DNA of 64,000 nucleotides from Paraspadella gotoi (lineage: Eukaryota > Animalia > Chaetognatha). Positions within the stretch are counted from its first letter, which is position 1, and every line of letters begins with the position of its first letter. The stretch spans positions 4,117,392 to 4,181,391 of the forward strand of contig CM119264.1 in the NCBI GenBank assembly GCA_051294375.1, written 5' to 3'. A program made the translations under genes and the position numbers. The notes under the pieces are model-generated. The model was given only the letters and a program-made list of their open reading frames with translations, had not been told where the DNA came from and made no database searches. Below are positions 1-13,846 of the stretch, piece after piece.

Positions 1-780
1 AAATTAAAAAAGGTAAGAAAGAAACAAGAGTAAAGAAAGAAAAAAAGAAAGAAAGAAAGAAAGAACGAAGAAATACAGAAAAAAGAAAGAAAGACAGACA
101 AAAGAAAGAAAAAAAGGAAAGAAAGATGCCGTTTCCTTTTACGCGGGAAATTCAGAGGAGACGGGCAAGACGAGGAGAAGAAGAAGAGAGGGATGAGGAG
201 GAGGAGGAGGAGGACGAAACTCTCGTGATTCCGATTAGAAATTAGCAAATGAACCGGATTATTTGTCTCTGGAACTTCTTTCTTTTTGTCCTTTCTTTCC
301 TTTTTTTTTTCCGCGCGTTTGTTACTTTTTGTCGGATCTGACCTCGTTTTTATTTTCATGAAAGAAGGGTAAGGGAGGGTAAGGGGATAAATGGGTTGGG
401 AAAAAGACTAAAGGAAAACAAAAATAAAAAAAAAGATAAAGAATGGATGGAAATTTTGTCAAAGGTTTGGAAGAGAAGCCTTGGCTTGTCAGCATTTCTT
501 GTTTATTAGTTTGTTTTTTCCTTTCTTACTCTTCTTTCATTCTTTCTGTCTTTCTTCTTTTACCTCATTCCCTCTTTCCATTCTGACAGGTACAAGACTG
601 AATAGGGCCCTAAAGATGATGACGATAAAAATATTAAATAATGAAGAAACTGACGGTATTATTAATGTAATATTTATTTATTATATATCATATATGTTGC
701 CTAATTAGCGGCTCGGTCAATGGAAAAAACCAAAAGAAGAGGTTTGAGGATCGAGCCAATAATTTCTTTTCTTCCTCCAG

Positions 781-891
781 GAGTCGACGGGAAGCGGAGT
801 TTTTCGAGGCGCTAGAGACGATATCAGCCGGAGGAGGAAGAGGAAGAGGAAGAGAGGCGGCGTGGCTGCTGTGCGGGTCGGGGCGCCGGAG
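781..891 (+). other. Candidate isolated exon (111 nt) of an unidentified plus-strand transcript
   Basis: A strong acceptor TTTCTTTTCTTCCTCCAG| and donor GAG|GTAAGT bracket a GC-rich 111-nt segment. Two of three frames are open and no homology is recognised. Confidence 0.35.
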
Positions 892-925
892 GTAAGTTTA
901 ATACAAATCGTATGAGAGAGAGAGA

Positions 926-962
<37 letters not shown>

Positions 963-1395
963 AGAGAGAGAGAGAGAGTGAGATTAATCGACGAATTATT
1001 TTTTACGTGTAGTCGTAATTTTTAATTGAATTTTTGATGCGCAGGGCGTTAATGGGCGTAATGTGATTTGGCGGATGACCGAACTGCCGACAGTATCGGC
1101 GAAAAAGGGCGACTTAAATAATTAATCTTAAAAGTTAATAAGGCCGAGGATAAATTTTATAATTTATTTCATAGAAAATCGTGAATAAAAGGATATTTTT
1201 TTTTGGAATCATGATTAAAACTTCTCCTTTCCTTCAATTTTTGATGATTAAGTGAAATGATAAGGAGGCAAATTAAGAAGAAGTAAAGAAAATCGGGAAG
1301 AAAAGATTCCACTTCATTCGTCAGAAAAAGATCGAATTGAATTTTTAAGGAAGATTAATTTCATCCGAGGAACAAAGTGTCTTTTTTTTCGGTGA

Positions 1396-1477
<82 letters not shown>

Positions 1478-3228
1478 AGAGAGAGAGGCAGAGGTACAAA
1501 AAAGATTTCTTTTTTTTTAATTTATTTTCTTCTTTCGTAAAACATACGATTTATTAAAATCTAAACACATTTAATACTGATTGATTAAAAGATAATAATT
1601 GTTTTTTCTCTTATTTTAGTGTATAATGATTAATTTAACAATAAAAGTCATCAATATTTTAATAAGATTATATTAATGAGTAATGCGATTTCAAGGTTCT
1701 TCTTAGTCAAACATTTTAGTTAAAATCATAAGAGGATTAGAAAAGGAAAAAGGGTGGAGGGTGGAGCTGTACGAAGAGAGAGAAAGGACAAAAAAGAAGA
1801 GAAAAAATTTACTTTGTATACATGTTGTATGCAGTTGCGATGAACAAACGCATGACTAAAAATTGAAAATAAAAGGAGAAAAGAAAAAGAAAAAGGACAA
1901 AAAACAGAAAAAAAATAGGAGGAGGAAAAGAAAGATGAGAATTGTATCAAGTTGAGGCTCGACCTACGACGCTTCGTGTTCCGACTGAACAGGCCATCGA
2001 ATGCCTGTGGCGTGGTCCGAATCAGTCGAGTCGGCAATGAGCGAAAGAACTGCGAATCGCAACTGGCGGAAGAACGGAGTGTGGGCCGGTGGGGGTGGGG
2101 GTTGCTTTGTTTTCTTTGCTCGAACCAGAGTCGCCATCTTTGATCGATCGAACGATTAGAGTTGAGTGGATTTTCTAAGTTTACAAAACAAAGAGGAAAA
2201 AAAAAGAACAATGGATTACTACATGTAATTTTACAGAGGAAAGCGAAAAAATAACACTTGTCGTTCACGATAACTAAATATTTATATTTTCTTTCTCCCT
2301 CTCGCGACATTAGACTTTATTTTCTATTCAGATCCCGTTTATTATTATAATAATATCGAATATTAAAAAAGATTTAGCCTCAGTCCTTTCTCTCTCTCTC
2401 TCAACCCCCACCTCATTTCCTCCTCGACTTACCCTCTCTCACTTTTAAGCGGTGGCGTCGGCGGCGCGTTCCCGACGTACGTCCCACGAATCCTCGACGC
2501 CCTCGATGCGCGCGCCCTCCTTACCTCTCGCCCTCAACGGATTTAAAAGGAGAATCGTGCTGCCCTTTACAAGAAGTCACCGCTACCCACCGGCGCGACC
2601 TACCCCGGCCACGTTGGGTGGGCCACAGCGGGTAAGGGGTTGGTGGGGAGGACGGGGGGATCAAAGGAGTCGTGGAGCAGTGGAAAAGGGTATTTGTAGA
2701 TAACTCTCAGGTTTAGTTTCAAGGTCAAAGCCACGAAACAAACAAAATGGTCTATTATGGAAGAAAACAAACAATAACGTGATTTTGGCGATTAATCCAA
2801 AAAAAAAAGAAGAAGAAAAATATCAATACTGGTAAGCTAAAAAAATTCGCGGATTTGTTTAGTTTTTTTGTGTTTTTGTTGTTGTGGTTTCCGCGTCATT
2901 AAACGAAAGGCTAAATCTTTGGACGGAAATAAAAAACGGTAGGAGTCGCGACACGTCGGTGCGTGAGAAACAAGAAAAAAAAAAATTGAACATCGATTTC
3001 TTTAAGCCTTAAAAAATAGACCAGAACTAAATCGAAAGTTGGGAGTTTTAGAAAAAGAAAAAAAAACAAACAAAAAAAAACAAAAAAAAAAACAAAAAAA
3101 AAACAAACAAATAAAATACTTCGTGAAACATTTTCAAAAGCTTCTACGCAAACGAGTTTAAAGATTGAGAACGAAGATTGAGAAGACTTCAAACGTGGGA
3201 TCGTGTATTGGTGTGAGGGAGAGAGAGA

Positions 3229-3288
<60 letters not shown>

Positions 3289-4070
3289 AGAAGAGAGAGA
3301 GGAGAGGAGAGGTTGCCATATCCTAACCTTAAAAATTCGTATCCAATAAAACTAAGCATAAAGCGCGACGACCATCAACGTCGGAACGACTACAGTAAAA
3401 AAAAAAAAAAGGAAAAAGAGAAAAGCTAGAACAACTCACAGCTGAAGTAGCTTGTTCGCAAAGAGTCACAGCTGGACAGCTTGTTCGTCAAATGTCACAC
3501 CTGGGGTACTTGTCCGCTACGCTTCTCAGCATGTGTCGTGACTCGCTGAGGACAGGTGCCATCGGAGGTTCGTTCACGATTCGAAGCGGATGCAAACTTC
3601 TTGACGATGCCATCTTTTTTAATGTTTCGCTTGCAGAATCGAATAAAATCGTTGAATTTGATTTAAAATTTCATTCGAGGTTTGGGACACATCTGGTAAG
3701 CTCAGGTTAATATTAAGCGTCAATAGGATCGTCGGTATTAACCTATACTTTTATATCAGTACTGAGAATTGTGGCCGCCTTGCTTTGACGTTGTTCAAAG
3801 AAAATCCTCGACCCGCCGCATTTAAGTAAAATCCTTCTTTTTATATATTTTTTTTCAATGTTGAATAAATAGTTTTTTTTTTAATCCGCATTACTACTCT
3901 GAAAAAAAACTCGGAACATTGACAATTAACGAAGTGAACGATGGAAAAACTCGGATAATTTTCGAACTGAAAACAAGATGAATGGATATAAAAGGGATGA
4001 ATTTTTTTTGCAAAAAAGGGAAAAAATAATCGAGGAAATAAATGCTGGATGAGAGAGAGAGAAGAGAGAG

Positions 4071-4135
<65 letters not shown>

Positions 4136-4668
4136 AGAAAGAGAGAGAATAGAAAAGAGAGATAGAGGAAAAATTGTGAGGTTGCCACGAGACGAGGTAC
4201 GTAAGATTCAAAATAACGACGGCTGAGAAGCAGCCAGTTCAACGCTCAGAGGTAAGGTTGTAAAGGTTAAAGGTTAACGGTGAAAGTTGAAGGTTTCCGG
4301 TTTAGGTTTACGATTTTAGAGGGAATCTTCCTCGAAGGGTCATAGATATTCTTTGTCGTTAGAAAATTCAAGGTTTAGGTTAAAAAAAAAAAAAGTTATA
4401 TAAAATTCTAAAAAAAACATTCTCTTCAATCGCGGACGAGATGTCAAAATAAGGGAAGACTGATTCACGCTTAATAATTTCCGAATTCGGTTTGGAATTT
4501 GGTCCGAATTTCCATTGGACCGGAAGGTTGGCGGCGGCTGGGCGGCGCAGCGGCGGCGGCGGGCGGCGATACGGCGGGGCGCGGTGGAGAAACGAGCGGG
4601 GAAAATCTATTGAGCGGAATGCGAAGGAAAAGGAAAAAGTAGATGATCATCTGAGTGTCGTTGAAGAG

Positions 4669-4701
<33 letters not shown>

Positions 4702-4791
4702 TCCTCTCTCTCTCTCTCTCTCTCCTCTCTCCCTCTCTTTCTCTTTCACTCTTCTTTCACTCTCTCTCTCTCTCTTTCTCTCTCTTCTCTC

Positions 4792-4822
<31 letters not shown>

Positions 4823-4852
4823 TCTCTCTCTTCCCTCTCTCTCTCTCTCTTG

Positions 4853-4946
<94 letters not shown>

Positions 4947-5337
4947 GACTCTCTTTTTAACTTCCAATTATTCATTTCTCTCAAATATTTCATAAAACAG
5001 TCAAGTATATAGTAAAAATAAACAGTTAAAAAAGAACAACACAATAACCGATAAAACATTAATTTTTTCTTCTAATACGTAAAAATTCAGACAGACCGAC
5101 CGACCATTTCCTGCGAAAACAGACAAACGGAAATATGATTTAATCACGAGGGAGAAAAGAAAAATTCTAATCTCGTCGTCTCCAGGCACACCGAGGAGAA
5201 AATCGAAAAAGCACATAAAATTTTTTTCTTCTACAAAAAGTGAAAACTTATGCGAAATACAGAATCGAAAAAAAAAAAACAGCGAAGGATTTAGAAGAGA
5301 AATACTAAAAGCAAAGTAAAAGCAAAGTGGACGGGGT

Positions 5338-5412
<75 letters not shown>

Positions 5413-6296
5413 TTATTTCAATAAAAGAAACCTTAAAGCCGAAAACGGAAGATGAGGAACTAATATGTGAATCGAGAGCGAAGAATAAGTAAATAAAAAA
5501 AAAAATAAAGAAAAAGAAAATAAATGTGCGCGAAAGATGGAATAAGATACAGAATGGAATGAAAAAAAAGAAAGAAATTTATGAATAAAAGAGAAGTTAA
5601 AGTTAAATTGGAAAAAACAAACGACGAAATAGATTCGACCCCAAAAAGAAAATAGTTTGCAACTGGCAAAAACATATGCTTTTCTTAAGCGTGATAACTG
5701 ATAATTTGAAATATGTGTTTAAATATTTTTTCACATTCCCAAAATTAATTGATTATTATTACTTCAAATACATTTTTTTTTAATATTTTCAAGAAGAGGC
5801 ACTGGCCATGTGAGAGAACCAAAAACCTTGGTTCTGCTTTTTTTATACCGAACAGTCTGCCAAAAACATAAAATGTTTTCGGTTTCCTTGTTTTCTTCCA
5901 TTCGTCGGCCGAAAGGGAAAGTCAAAAAAAAACTAAAGCTTTTTTTTGCGGCCAAGCAAAAAACCGCTCTTAACTCCGGTTCCAAGAAATCTGAGAAAAT
6001 TTGTGTTCTGGATAAAAGGTTGAGAATGAGGAAAAAAGAAGGAAAAATAAGGAGGACATAAATTTCCTGGCAAAACTTTAGTAAGTGAGCCCAAATAGGA
6101 AAGTAGAAGAAGAAAGACAGGAAATAGAGAAACAAAAAGAAGACAAAAGAAAGAAATGAGAAAGATGAAGGAAACAAATGTAAAAAAACGAAAAAAATAA
6201 TTAAATAATGAAAGAAAGAAAGAAAGAAAAAAGAAAGAAAGAAAGAAAGAAAGAAAGAACAAAAGAAAGACAAAAAGATAGAAAGAAAGAAAGAAA

Positions 6297-6329
<33 letters not shown>

Positions 6330-6498
6330 AAAAAGAAGAAAAAAGAGAAAAAAGAAAGAAAGAAAGTCTTTTTTTTTCTTTCTTTCTTTCTCTCTCTCTT
6401 TCTCCCCCTCTCTTTCTATCTTTCTTTCTTTCTTTTTTTATTTCGTTCTTTCTTTCTTTCTTTCTTTTTTTCTTTCTTTCNNNNNNNNNNNNNNNNNT

Positions 6499-6529
<31 letters not shown>

Positions 6530-9035
6530 CTCACTTTTTATTTGTCTGTCTGTCTGTCTCTCTCTCTCTTTCTTTTTTTTGTTCCACTCTATCTCCCTCT
6601 CTCTTCGNNNNNNNNNNNNNNNNNNNNNNNNNNNNNNNNNNNNNNNNNNNNNNNNNNNNNNNNNNNNNNNNNNNNNNNNNNNNNNNNNNNNNNNNNNNNN
6701 NNNNNNNNNNNNNNNNNNNNNNNNNNNNNNNNNNNNNNNNNNNNNNNNNNNNNNNNNNNNNNNNNNNNNNNNNNNNNNNNNNNNNNNNNNNNNNNNNNNN
6801 NNNNNNNNNNNNNNNNNNNNNNNNNNNNNNNNNNNNNNNNNNNNNNNNNNNNNNNNNNNNNNNNNNNNNNNNNNNNNNNNNNNNNNNNNNNNNNNNNNNN
6901 NNNNNNNNNNNNNNNNNNNNNNNNNNNNNNNNNNNNNNNNNNNNNNNNNNNNNNNNNNNNNNNNNNNNNNNNNNNNNNNNNNNNNNNNNNNNCTCATTTA
7001 TTCACAGACCGCCCAACCTTTCCTCCCCGACGTCCGAGCAGCTTTCACGCTCAACCTCATCCCCTTAATTTCATTTTTGTTCACCAACATTCCCCCAAGT
7101 ATTTTCACAAATCCGAATCATTCACTTAACACTGTTTCATTCTTATATTTGACTGTTCTCCGTTCACTCCACACATTTCCAATTCATCTCTTTCACTCAC
7201 TCGCTCCCTCACTAATACTTTTCACCCTAAGCAGCTGCATAAAGTTTCTTTTTATTCGAGGCGTCCTCTTTGCTGCGCCGCTGCGTCGCGGACGAAGGGG
7301 CGGCAGGTGCGGCGGCGGCTGCGGCGGCGGAAGTGGCGTCGGTTGACGGCAGAGAAAAACTTGGTCGTTGATTAACCTTCCTTCAAACTGGCGAAACGCT
7401 GTCTGACCTGCTTGACTTAACTGAGTGTACTTGACCGTTAGAGTCAAGTAGACGGATGAGTGTTCCGACGATAATCAATAGATAAATGAATAAATAAATG
7501 GTTATATAATCAAGGGGAAAAAATTGGTTTTGACAACGGTAGTTTTTTATTTAAACATACATGTTTCGAATATGGTGTATGATATAGCCTTTATCAGCGC
7601 ATAGTAGAAACTGAATATTTTTATTCCCTTGATTATAACCTTAAGCACGAAAGTATTCGCCTTCATATTGACCAGTCTACTGTGGAGAATTTAGTCGACC
7701 ATATTTTTTTACTTACACAATAGAAATCGTTTGAATTGGAAAGCAGCTTCCTTGCTTGAGAAAACTGGGGAAGTCAGAAGAAGAATTCTTTTCGTCGTCC
7801 TTCTGTCGGAAGAAGTCGACAAAACACGAGTGGACAAAGGATCAACCCGAGCGAAGATGAAAGAAATCTCTTTTTCTTTTTTTCTTTCTTTTTTTCACAA
7901 ACCTCGGTATCTACCTTATCTTTCGCCAAACTTGAAAAGAAAAAAGGAAAAGGAGAGAATGAAATGAGAGAGTCGCTCAAAATGAATAAAAAGGACAATA
8001 GAACGAGAAAAAATGGAAAGAAGGAAAGTAAAAACAACCGGAAGGCCGAGAGAAATTAGGGAACAGGAAAAACCGTGCGGGAAAATTAAGAAAAACAGAG
8101 GAAAAAATAGCAAAATGCAAAAAAATGAGGAAAAGAGGAAAAAAAATTTGGAAAAAATTAAGGAAATTAAAAAAAATATAATTGTGGTTTTTTTCCTTTC
8201 TGTTTCGTTGTGATTTGATTTAGAACNNNNNNNNNNNNNNNNNNNNNNNNNNNNNNNNNNNNNNNNNNNNNNNNNNNNNNNNNNNNNNNNNNNNNNNNNN
8301 NNNNNNNNNNNNNNNNNNNNNNNNNNNNNNNNNNNNNNNNNNNNNNNNNNNNNNNNNNNNNNNNNNNNNNNNNNNNNNNNNNNNNNNNNNNNNNNNNNNN
8401 NNNNNNNNNNNNNNNNNNNNNNNNNNNNNNNNNNNNNNNNNNNNNNNNNNNNNNNNNNNNNNNNNNNNNNNNNNNNNNNNNNNNNNNNNNNNNNNNNNNN
8501 NNNNNNNNNNNNNNNNNNNNNNNNNNNNNNNNNNNNNNNNNNNNNNNNNNNNNNNNNNNNNNNNNNNNNNNNNNNNNNNNNNNNNNNNNNNNNNNNNNNN
8601 NNNNNNNNNNNNNNNNNNNNNNNNNNNNNNNNNNNNNNNNNNNNNNNNNNNNNNNNNNNNNNNNNNNNNNNNNNNNNNNNNNNNNNNNNNNNNNNNNNNN
8701 NNNNNNNNNNNNNNNNNNNNNNNNNNNNNNNNNNNNNNNNNNNNNNNNNNNNNNNNNNNNNNNNNNNNNNNNNNNNNNNNNNNNNNNNNNNNNNNNNNNN
8801 NNNNNNNNNNNNNNNNNNNNNNNNNNNNNNNNNNNNNNNNNNNNNNNNNNNNNNNNNNNNNNNNNNNNNNNNNNNNNNNNNNNNNNNNNNNNNNNNNNNN
8901 NNNNNNNNNNNNNNNNNNNNNNNNNNNNNNNNNNNNNNNNNNNNNNNNNNNNNNNNNNNNNNNNNNNNNNNNNNNNNNNNNNNNNNNNNNNNNNNNNNNN
9001 NNNNNNNNNNNNNNNNNNNATTTTTATTTCATAGT

Positions 9036-9185
9036 GAAACGGACATGTTTCGACTCACATACGCAGTCTTCTCAGCGCCAATTCATTTGTGAATTTGAAG
9101 AGAATTTTGGTGCATAAAGAAAGAGAGAGAGAGAGAGAGACAGAGCAAAGTTTCCAACACAGAGTTTGAGAGAAAGGATAGTGTT
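9036..9185 (-). mobile_element. Dispersed repeat carrying the hammerhead (putative Penelope-like pLTR/retrozyme fragment)
   Basis: Collinear similarity to about 14089-14254: hammerhead, then TTTGTGAATTT, an AG tract, GCAAAGTTTCCAACACAGAGTT and ATAGTG. Confidence 0.55.
9038..9079 (-). ncRNA. Minimal type I hammerhead ribozyme, diverged paralogue
   Basis: Minus strand: GGCG-CUGAGAA-GACU(GCGUAUGUG)AGUC-GAAA-CAU-GUC^CGUU. Stem II covaries with the 14.1 kb copy and stem I is kept by G-U pairs. The core is one nt short (CUGAGAA), which may be a read indel or an inactivating change. Confidence 0.6.
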
Positions 9186-9301
9186 CAGTTTTTTATTAGG
9201 GACAGGTGAAGGTGAGGACAGAGATAGTTTGTGAAAAGAAATTGAAATGGAGAGAGAGAGAGAGAGACAGTGCCTGAAAATATATTACATTATGAAATGT
9301 A

Positions 9302-9578
9302 CAACAATGTTAAAATTTGGTAAACTTTACAATGAATATATCAACAATTAGCTACAGTATAAATTATCAATCTCGCCTTTCATTGTTCATAACCAAGGGG
9401 GCCAGCTCATTTTTGACGTCTTTCTTATTACTTGAATTTTCCCTTTCCTAATTACTATCCCTCACTAACAATAAATATTTCATATTTCTAAACTTCTATT
9501 TCATTTCACTAATTTATTACTGTAGCTAATTGTTGATATTATTCATTATTAAAGTTTAACCAAATTTTAACATTGTTG
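9302..9578. repeat. Inverted repeat with arms of about 65 bp (MITE-like/foldback)
   Basis: 9302-9366 (CAACAATGTTAAAATTTGG...TAGCTACAGTATAAATTA) is the reverse complement of 9510-9578, with a few indels. The spacer is about 143 bp. Confidence 0.75.
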
Positions 9579-9915
9579 CGTTGTTAAATCTCTCTTCAAA
9601 CTTTGTTCTAAAAAAATATAAGAAAAAGGGAAAAAATGGAGGGAAAAAATGGAAATGGATAAAAATTGGGAAAAAATAAATAAAATGGAAGATATGCGTC
9701 ATAAAAGTGATCAGAATTAAAAAAACAAATTAAGGAAAAATGGAAAAAAGAGAGATTTTTTTTAAAGTACGTTGAGTCGAGAAGATCGGAAAGTCAAGGA
9801 CAGAATTGAGGGAAAAATTGAGGGCAGAACTGAGGGCAGGATTAGGGACGGACGGTTGAACTGGAAATGAAAGAAGATTTTCGGGCAGATTGGAATTTAA
9901 GGCAGAAAATTGAGG

Positions 9916-10120
9916 ATGAGGCGTCTACTGTTTAGGGCAGAATTGATAAAAGTCAGGTGCTAAATTGAGCATGAGGCGTGTACTGTTTAGGGCAGAATTG
10001 ATAAAAATCAGGTGCTAAATTGAGCATGAGGCGTCTATTGTTTAGGGCAGAATTGATAAAAATCAGGTGCTAAATTGGGCATGAGGCGTCTACTGTTTAG
10101 GGCAGAATTGATAAAAGTCA
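9916..10120. repeat. 55-bp tandem repeat, about 3.7 copies
   Basis: The unit ATGAGGCGTCTACTGTTTAGGGCAGAATTGATAAAARTCAGGTGCTAAATTGAGC starts at 9916, 9971, 10026 and 10081 (last copy partial). Confidence 0.92.
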
Positions 10121-10224
10121 CACACGTCTTTTTAATTTTAATTCCTTTTCCATTAAAAGTCTTTATTCTGTGTCGTGAGTCCGTCTATCTCAACCCATAT
10201 TTCACTTTGGGAAAAACAATTCTT

Positions 10225-10570
10225 TTGTTTCTGGTTGCCCGGCGAGTACTCGCGAAGCAAAACTACTCGCGAGTACTCGCGAAGCAAAACTATAGACCTG
10301 ATTGTCAATCCTTCGGCCGGTCGTCGGTCGGTTGGGCCGGTCGGTTGGGCCGGTCGGTTGGGCCGGCCGGTTGGGCCGGCTCTTCCAATTACGATCAAAT
10401 ATAAATAACTCGAGTCGTTTTGATTAATACTTGGCAAATTGGTGATCTAATATGATACATCTTTACACATTTGTTTCATACTTGTGAATTCACGTGATCA
10501 CTTCGGTATGTGATCACGTGAAAAAAAGTTGATGCGGCGCAGCACCTTGGGATTGCCTGATCTTGTTTAT
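10225..10570 (+). mobile_element. Putative non-autonomous Helentron (HINE/DINE-1-like) element
   Basis: T-rich flanks; a 5' palindromic block CGAGTACTCGCGAAGCAAAACTA duplicated (27-bp unit); an internal GGCCGGTCGGTTG 13-mer array (about 10315-10380); a hairpin TTCACGTGATCAC/GTGATCACGTGAA (about 10488-10522); and a 3' end in ...GATCTTGTTT. The resemblance to DINE-1-type elements is architectural, not from a database match. Confidence 0.45.
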
Positions 10571-10738
10571 TTATGATTAAAATATTTTATCTTATACATA
10601 CATACGTGGATTCAAAATTGTCTCGTGTCCATCCAAACAACTCGTCCTTCCCAACTTCAGCTTTCATCTCAACTCAATTTTTTTTTTTTCAGTGCAACCG
10701 ATTTCGGTTATCTCTCTCTCTCTGTGTCTCTTCTCTCT

Positions 10739-10808
<70 letters not shown>

Positions 10809-11732
10809 ACTCCTGTATCGCATTACGGTCATTTATCATTTCTAGGTGACGCGGTTTGGATTCATTTTCTCCTATTTTCTGCTCCATTCTTCTGCTCCAG
10901 GGCCCCGTGCTCCGCTGACTCAACGCATGAGCTCCTGCGATTGGGTCGCGGAAATGGGATGGTTGTTATTGAATGCGGATCTTTGAAAAGAAGCTGAGTC
11001 GTTGACCCAAATCCTTTCTCTTTCTTTTTCCTTTTTTTCTTTACTTTCTTTTCTTTTCTTTTTTCATTTCTTTACCTTTTATCATGCTTTGTTTTTCTTT
11101 TCCTTTCTTCGCTTCATTTTCCTTTCTTTTCCTTTTTCATCCTTTTTTTGATTCCTTTACAATTAACGATGAAAAAATAAAATGCTATAATTAATAATTA
11201 ATAATTGACAGTCTGTTTCATTCACTGTTATCATCGTCGTCGTCATCTTCGTCGTCGTCATCTTCGTCAATTTATTAAGTGATTCGAGCGAGAGGTATCG
11301 TTTCTAATAAAACTTGCATAAAATTATAATACATAGTAACTTTTAAGTTAAAATAATTGACAAAGTTGTTGCTCCTTATAATAGTTTAAGATAAAGCAAA
11401 AAAAAAGGTGTTTAAGGGGCCAAATAAAAACATACCATAACATAACTATTTATGAAATATGAAAATTATCCATTCATTTAATAAATAAGCTTCTTTTTAT
11501 TGTATTGGTTGTAACAATGATGAAATTTCCGCAACAATAATTTTCATCAGTGGCTTCAACATATGAAACCTGATNNNNNNNNNNNNNNNNNNNNNNNNNN
11601 NNNNNNNNNNNNNNNNNNNNNNNNNNNNNNNNNNNNNNNNNNNNNNNNNNNNNNNNNNNNNNNNNNNNNNNNNNNNNNNNNNNNNNNNNNNNNNNNNNNN
11701 NNNNNNNNNNNNNNNNNNNNNNNNNNNNNNNN

Positions 11733-11768
<36 letters not shown>

Positions 11769-12687
11769 TACTGAGTAAATAGATTTTATACTTTTTTGTT
11801 GCTACTTTCCGCCTCAAGGAAAATTTTCAATTAGCGATCTAGAGCCAAGAGGCATAATGTAAATGTAAATGTACTTAATATAAAATATAAATTATTCTTT
11901 TGTGGCTTAACACGTTTTTTTCTAATATTTAAAACCATTCCTTCTTATTCAAAAGCAATTAAAATATTATGACCATGGTAGATATTTTTTAAGATAATTG
12001 AAATTGAGCAATTATTTATGCATCCTGCTTGACAAACGAAAGATAGCATCATTATAATAAAAAATTGGCATATTTGTCCTACATTTTTTGACGGAATAAA
12101 AATTGTGGCAATTTGATAATAATGTTGCAATACATGTTCGTACCATATTTTAAAGATATTTCAAGGGTTATATTTATGAAGGATGTTTTAAGTTAAAACC
12201 TAATTTAAATATTATACTTGATATATAAAGCTCTTTGGGACTTGGGTGTCGTATTTCGCTCTCTCTCTCTCTCTCTCTCTCTCTNNNNNNNNNNNNNNNN
12301 NNNNNNNNNNNNNNNNNNNNNNNNNNNNNNNNNNNNNNNNNNNNNNNNNNNNNNNNNNNNNNNNNNNNNNNNNNNNNNNNNNNNNNNNNNNNNNNNNNNN
12401 NNNNNNNNNNNNNNNNNNNNNNNNNNNNNNNNNNNNNNNNNNNNNNNNCATCCCAGTCCGTTTCCTTTCCCGCCCATTACGCCCCAACTGTTCTTTTATT
12501 TTCAATTTTCCTTTCTCATTCCTCGCGGCTCCGCNNNNNNNNNNNNNNNNNNNNNNNNNNNNNNNNNNNNNNNNNNNNNNNNNNNNNNNNNNNNNNNNNN
12601 NNNNNNNNNNNNNNNNNNNNNNNNNNNNNNNNNNNNNNNNNNNNNNNNNNNNNNNNNNNNNNNNNNNNNNACACGGAGAAACCCGAT

Positions 12688-12783
<96 letters not shown>

Positions 12784-13124
12784 CCAACCCCGACGGGTCC
12801 GTGTTTTTTTGGAGCTAAAATGGTCAGACATACACAGAGAGAGAGAGAAAAAGCGAGTGAGAGAGAAATAGATAGAAAGCGAGAGAGACAGAGAGAGAGA
12901 GAGAGCAAGGAAATAAAGCTACAAGGGGATGTATATTGAGGGAGGGAGCGAAAGGCCGCGAAGCGAGGGATGGAAATAAAATCTTTCTTGAAGGGGAAGA
13001 GAAAGGGGGCCGAGGAGCCGGAGAAGGAAGAAGAAAGGAGAGCGGAAAGAAATTTATGCACTGATGGAATCTCAGTTGTGGATGGAACCAAAATATTTTG
13101 TCGCTTCCATATAAAGGCGTCGGT

Positions 13125-13243
<119 letters not shown>

Positions 13244-13718
13244 ACACCATCATCTTTTTCGCCTCGAATCTGTTTCTCCGGTTTTTTTTTGTGAAGAAAC
13301 AGAAAGAAAAAAAAGCAAAACATCCGGGGTCGAGTGTCCCGTCTTAGGTTTCGTTTCGTCTTTGTTTTTTTTATTTTTTTTTTATTTACTGGTTTTGTTA
13401 GTTTCGGCTCATTTTTTTGGTAAATAGTGCTTGCTGCTTGCTGCCTTTTTTATAACGGTCTTCTGTCTTGCTTGGTGGAAATTATTTTAGACTTAGATGT
13501 TCGACGGTTTCAGAAGTTCATTTTTTATTTAGGGAATATACCCTTGTTATGACTTCGGTTTCTTTATACTGATTCAACAAACTGTCAAGTTAGTTTTAAA
13601 ATTATTGTTTATTTTAATATTAAGAAAAAAAAATTTTGGCTTCTCTGTTTCTCGAGGGCAATAAAAATTAATTAGTTTTTGGCATCGCGTCCCATAAGGT
13701 CCCCTATGCAATAATCTT

Positions 13719-13846
<128 letters not shown>

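Noticed and set aside
3440-3613. Minus-strand short ORF MASSRSLHPLRIVNEPPMAPVLSESRHMLRSVADKYP... with possible donors at about 3500 and 3439
   Set aside because: It could be a first exon, but no homology is recognised and an in-frame stop follows unless it is spliced, so support is insufficient.
4492-5059. Many ORFs of SLSL/ERER/FFLS type here and throughout the window
   Set aside because: They are translations of AG/CT microsatellites, low-complexity tracts or N gaps, not proteins.
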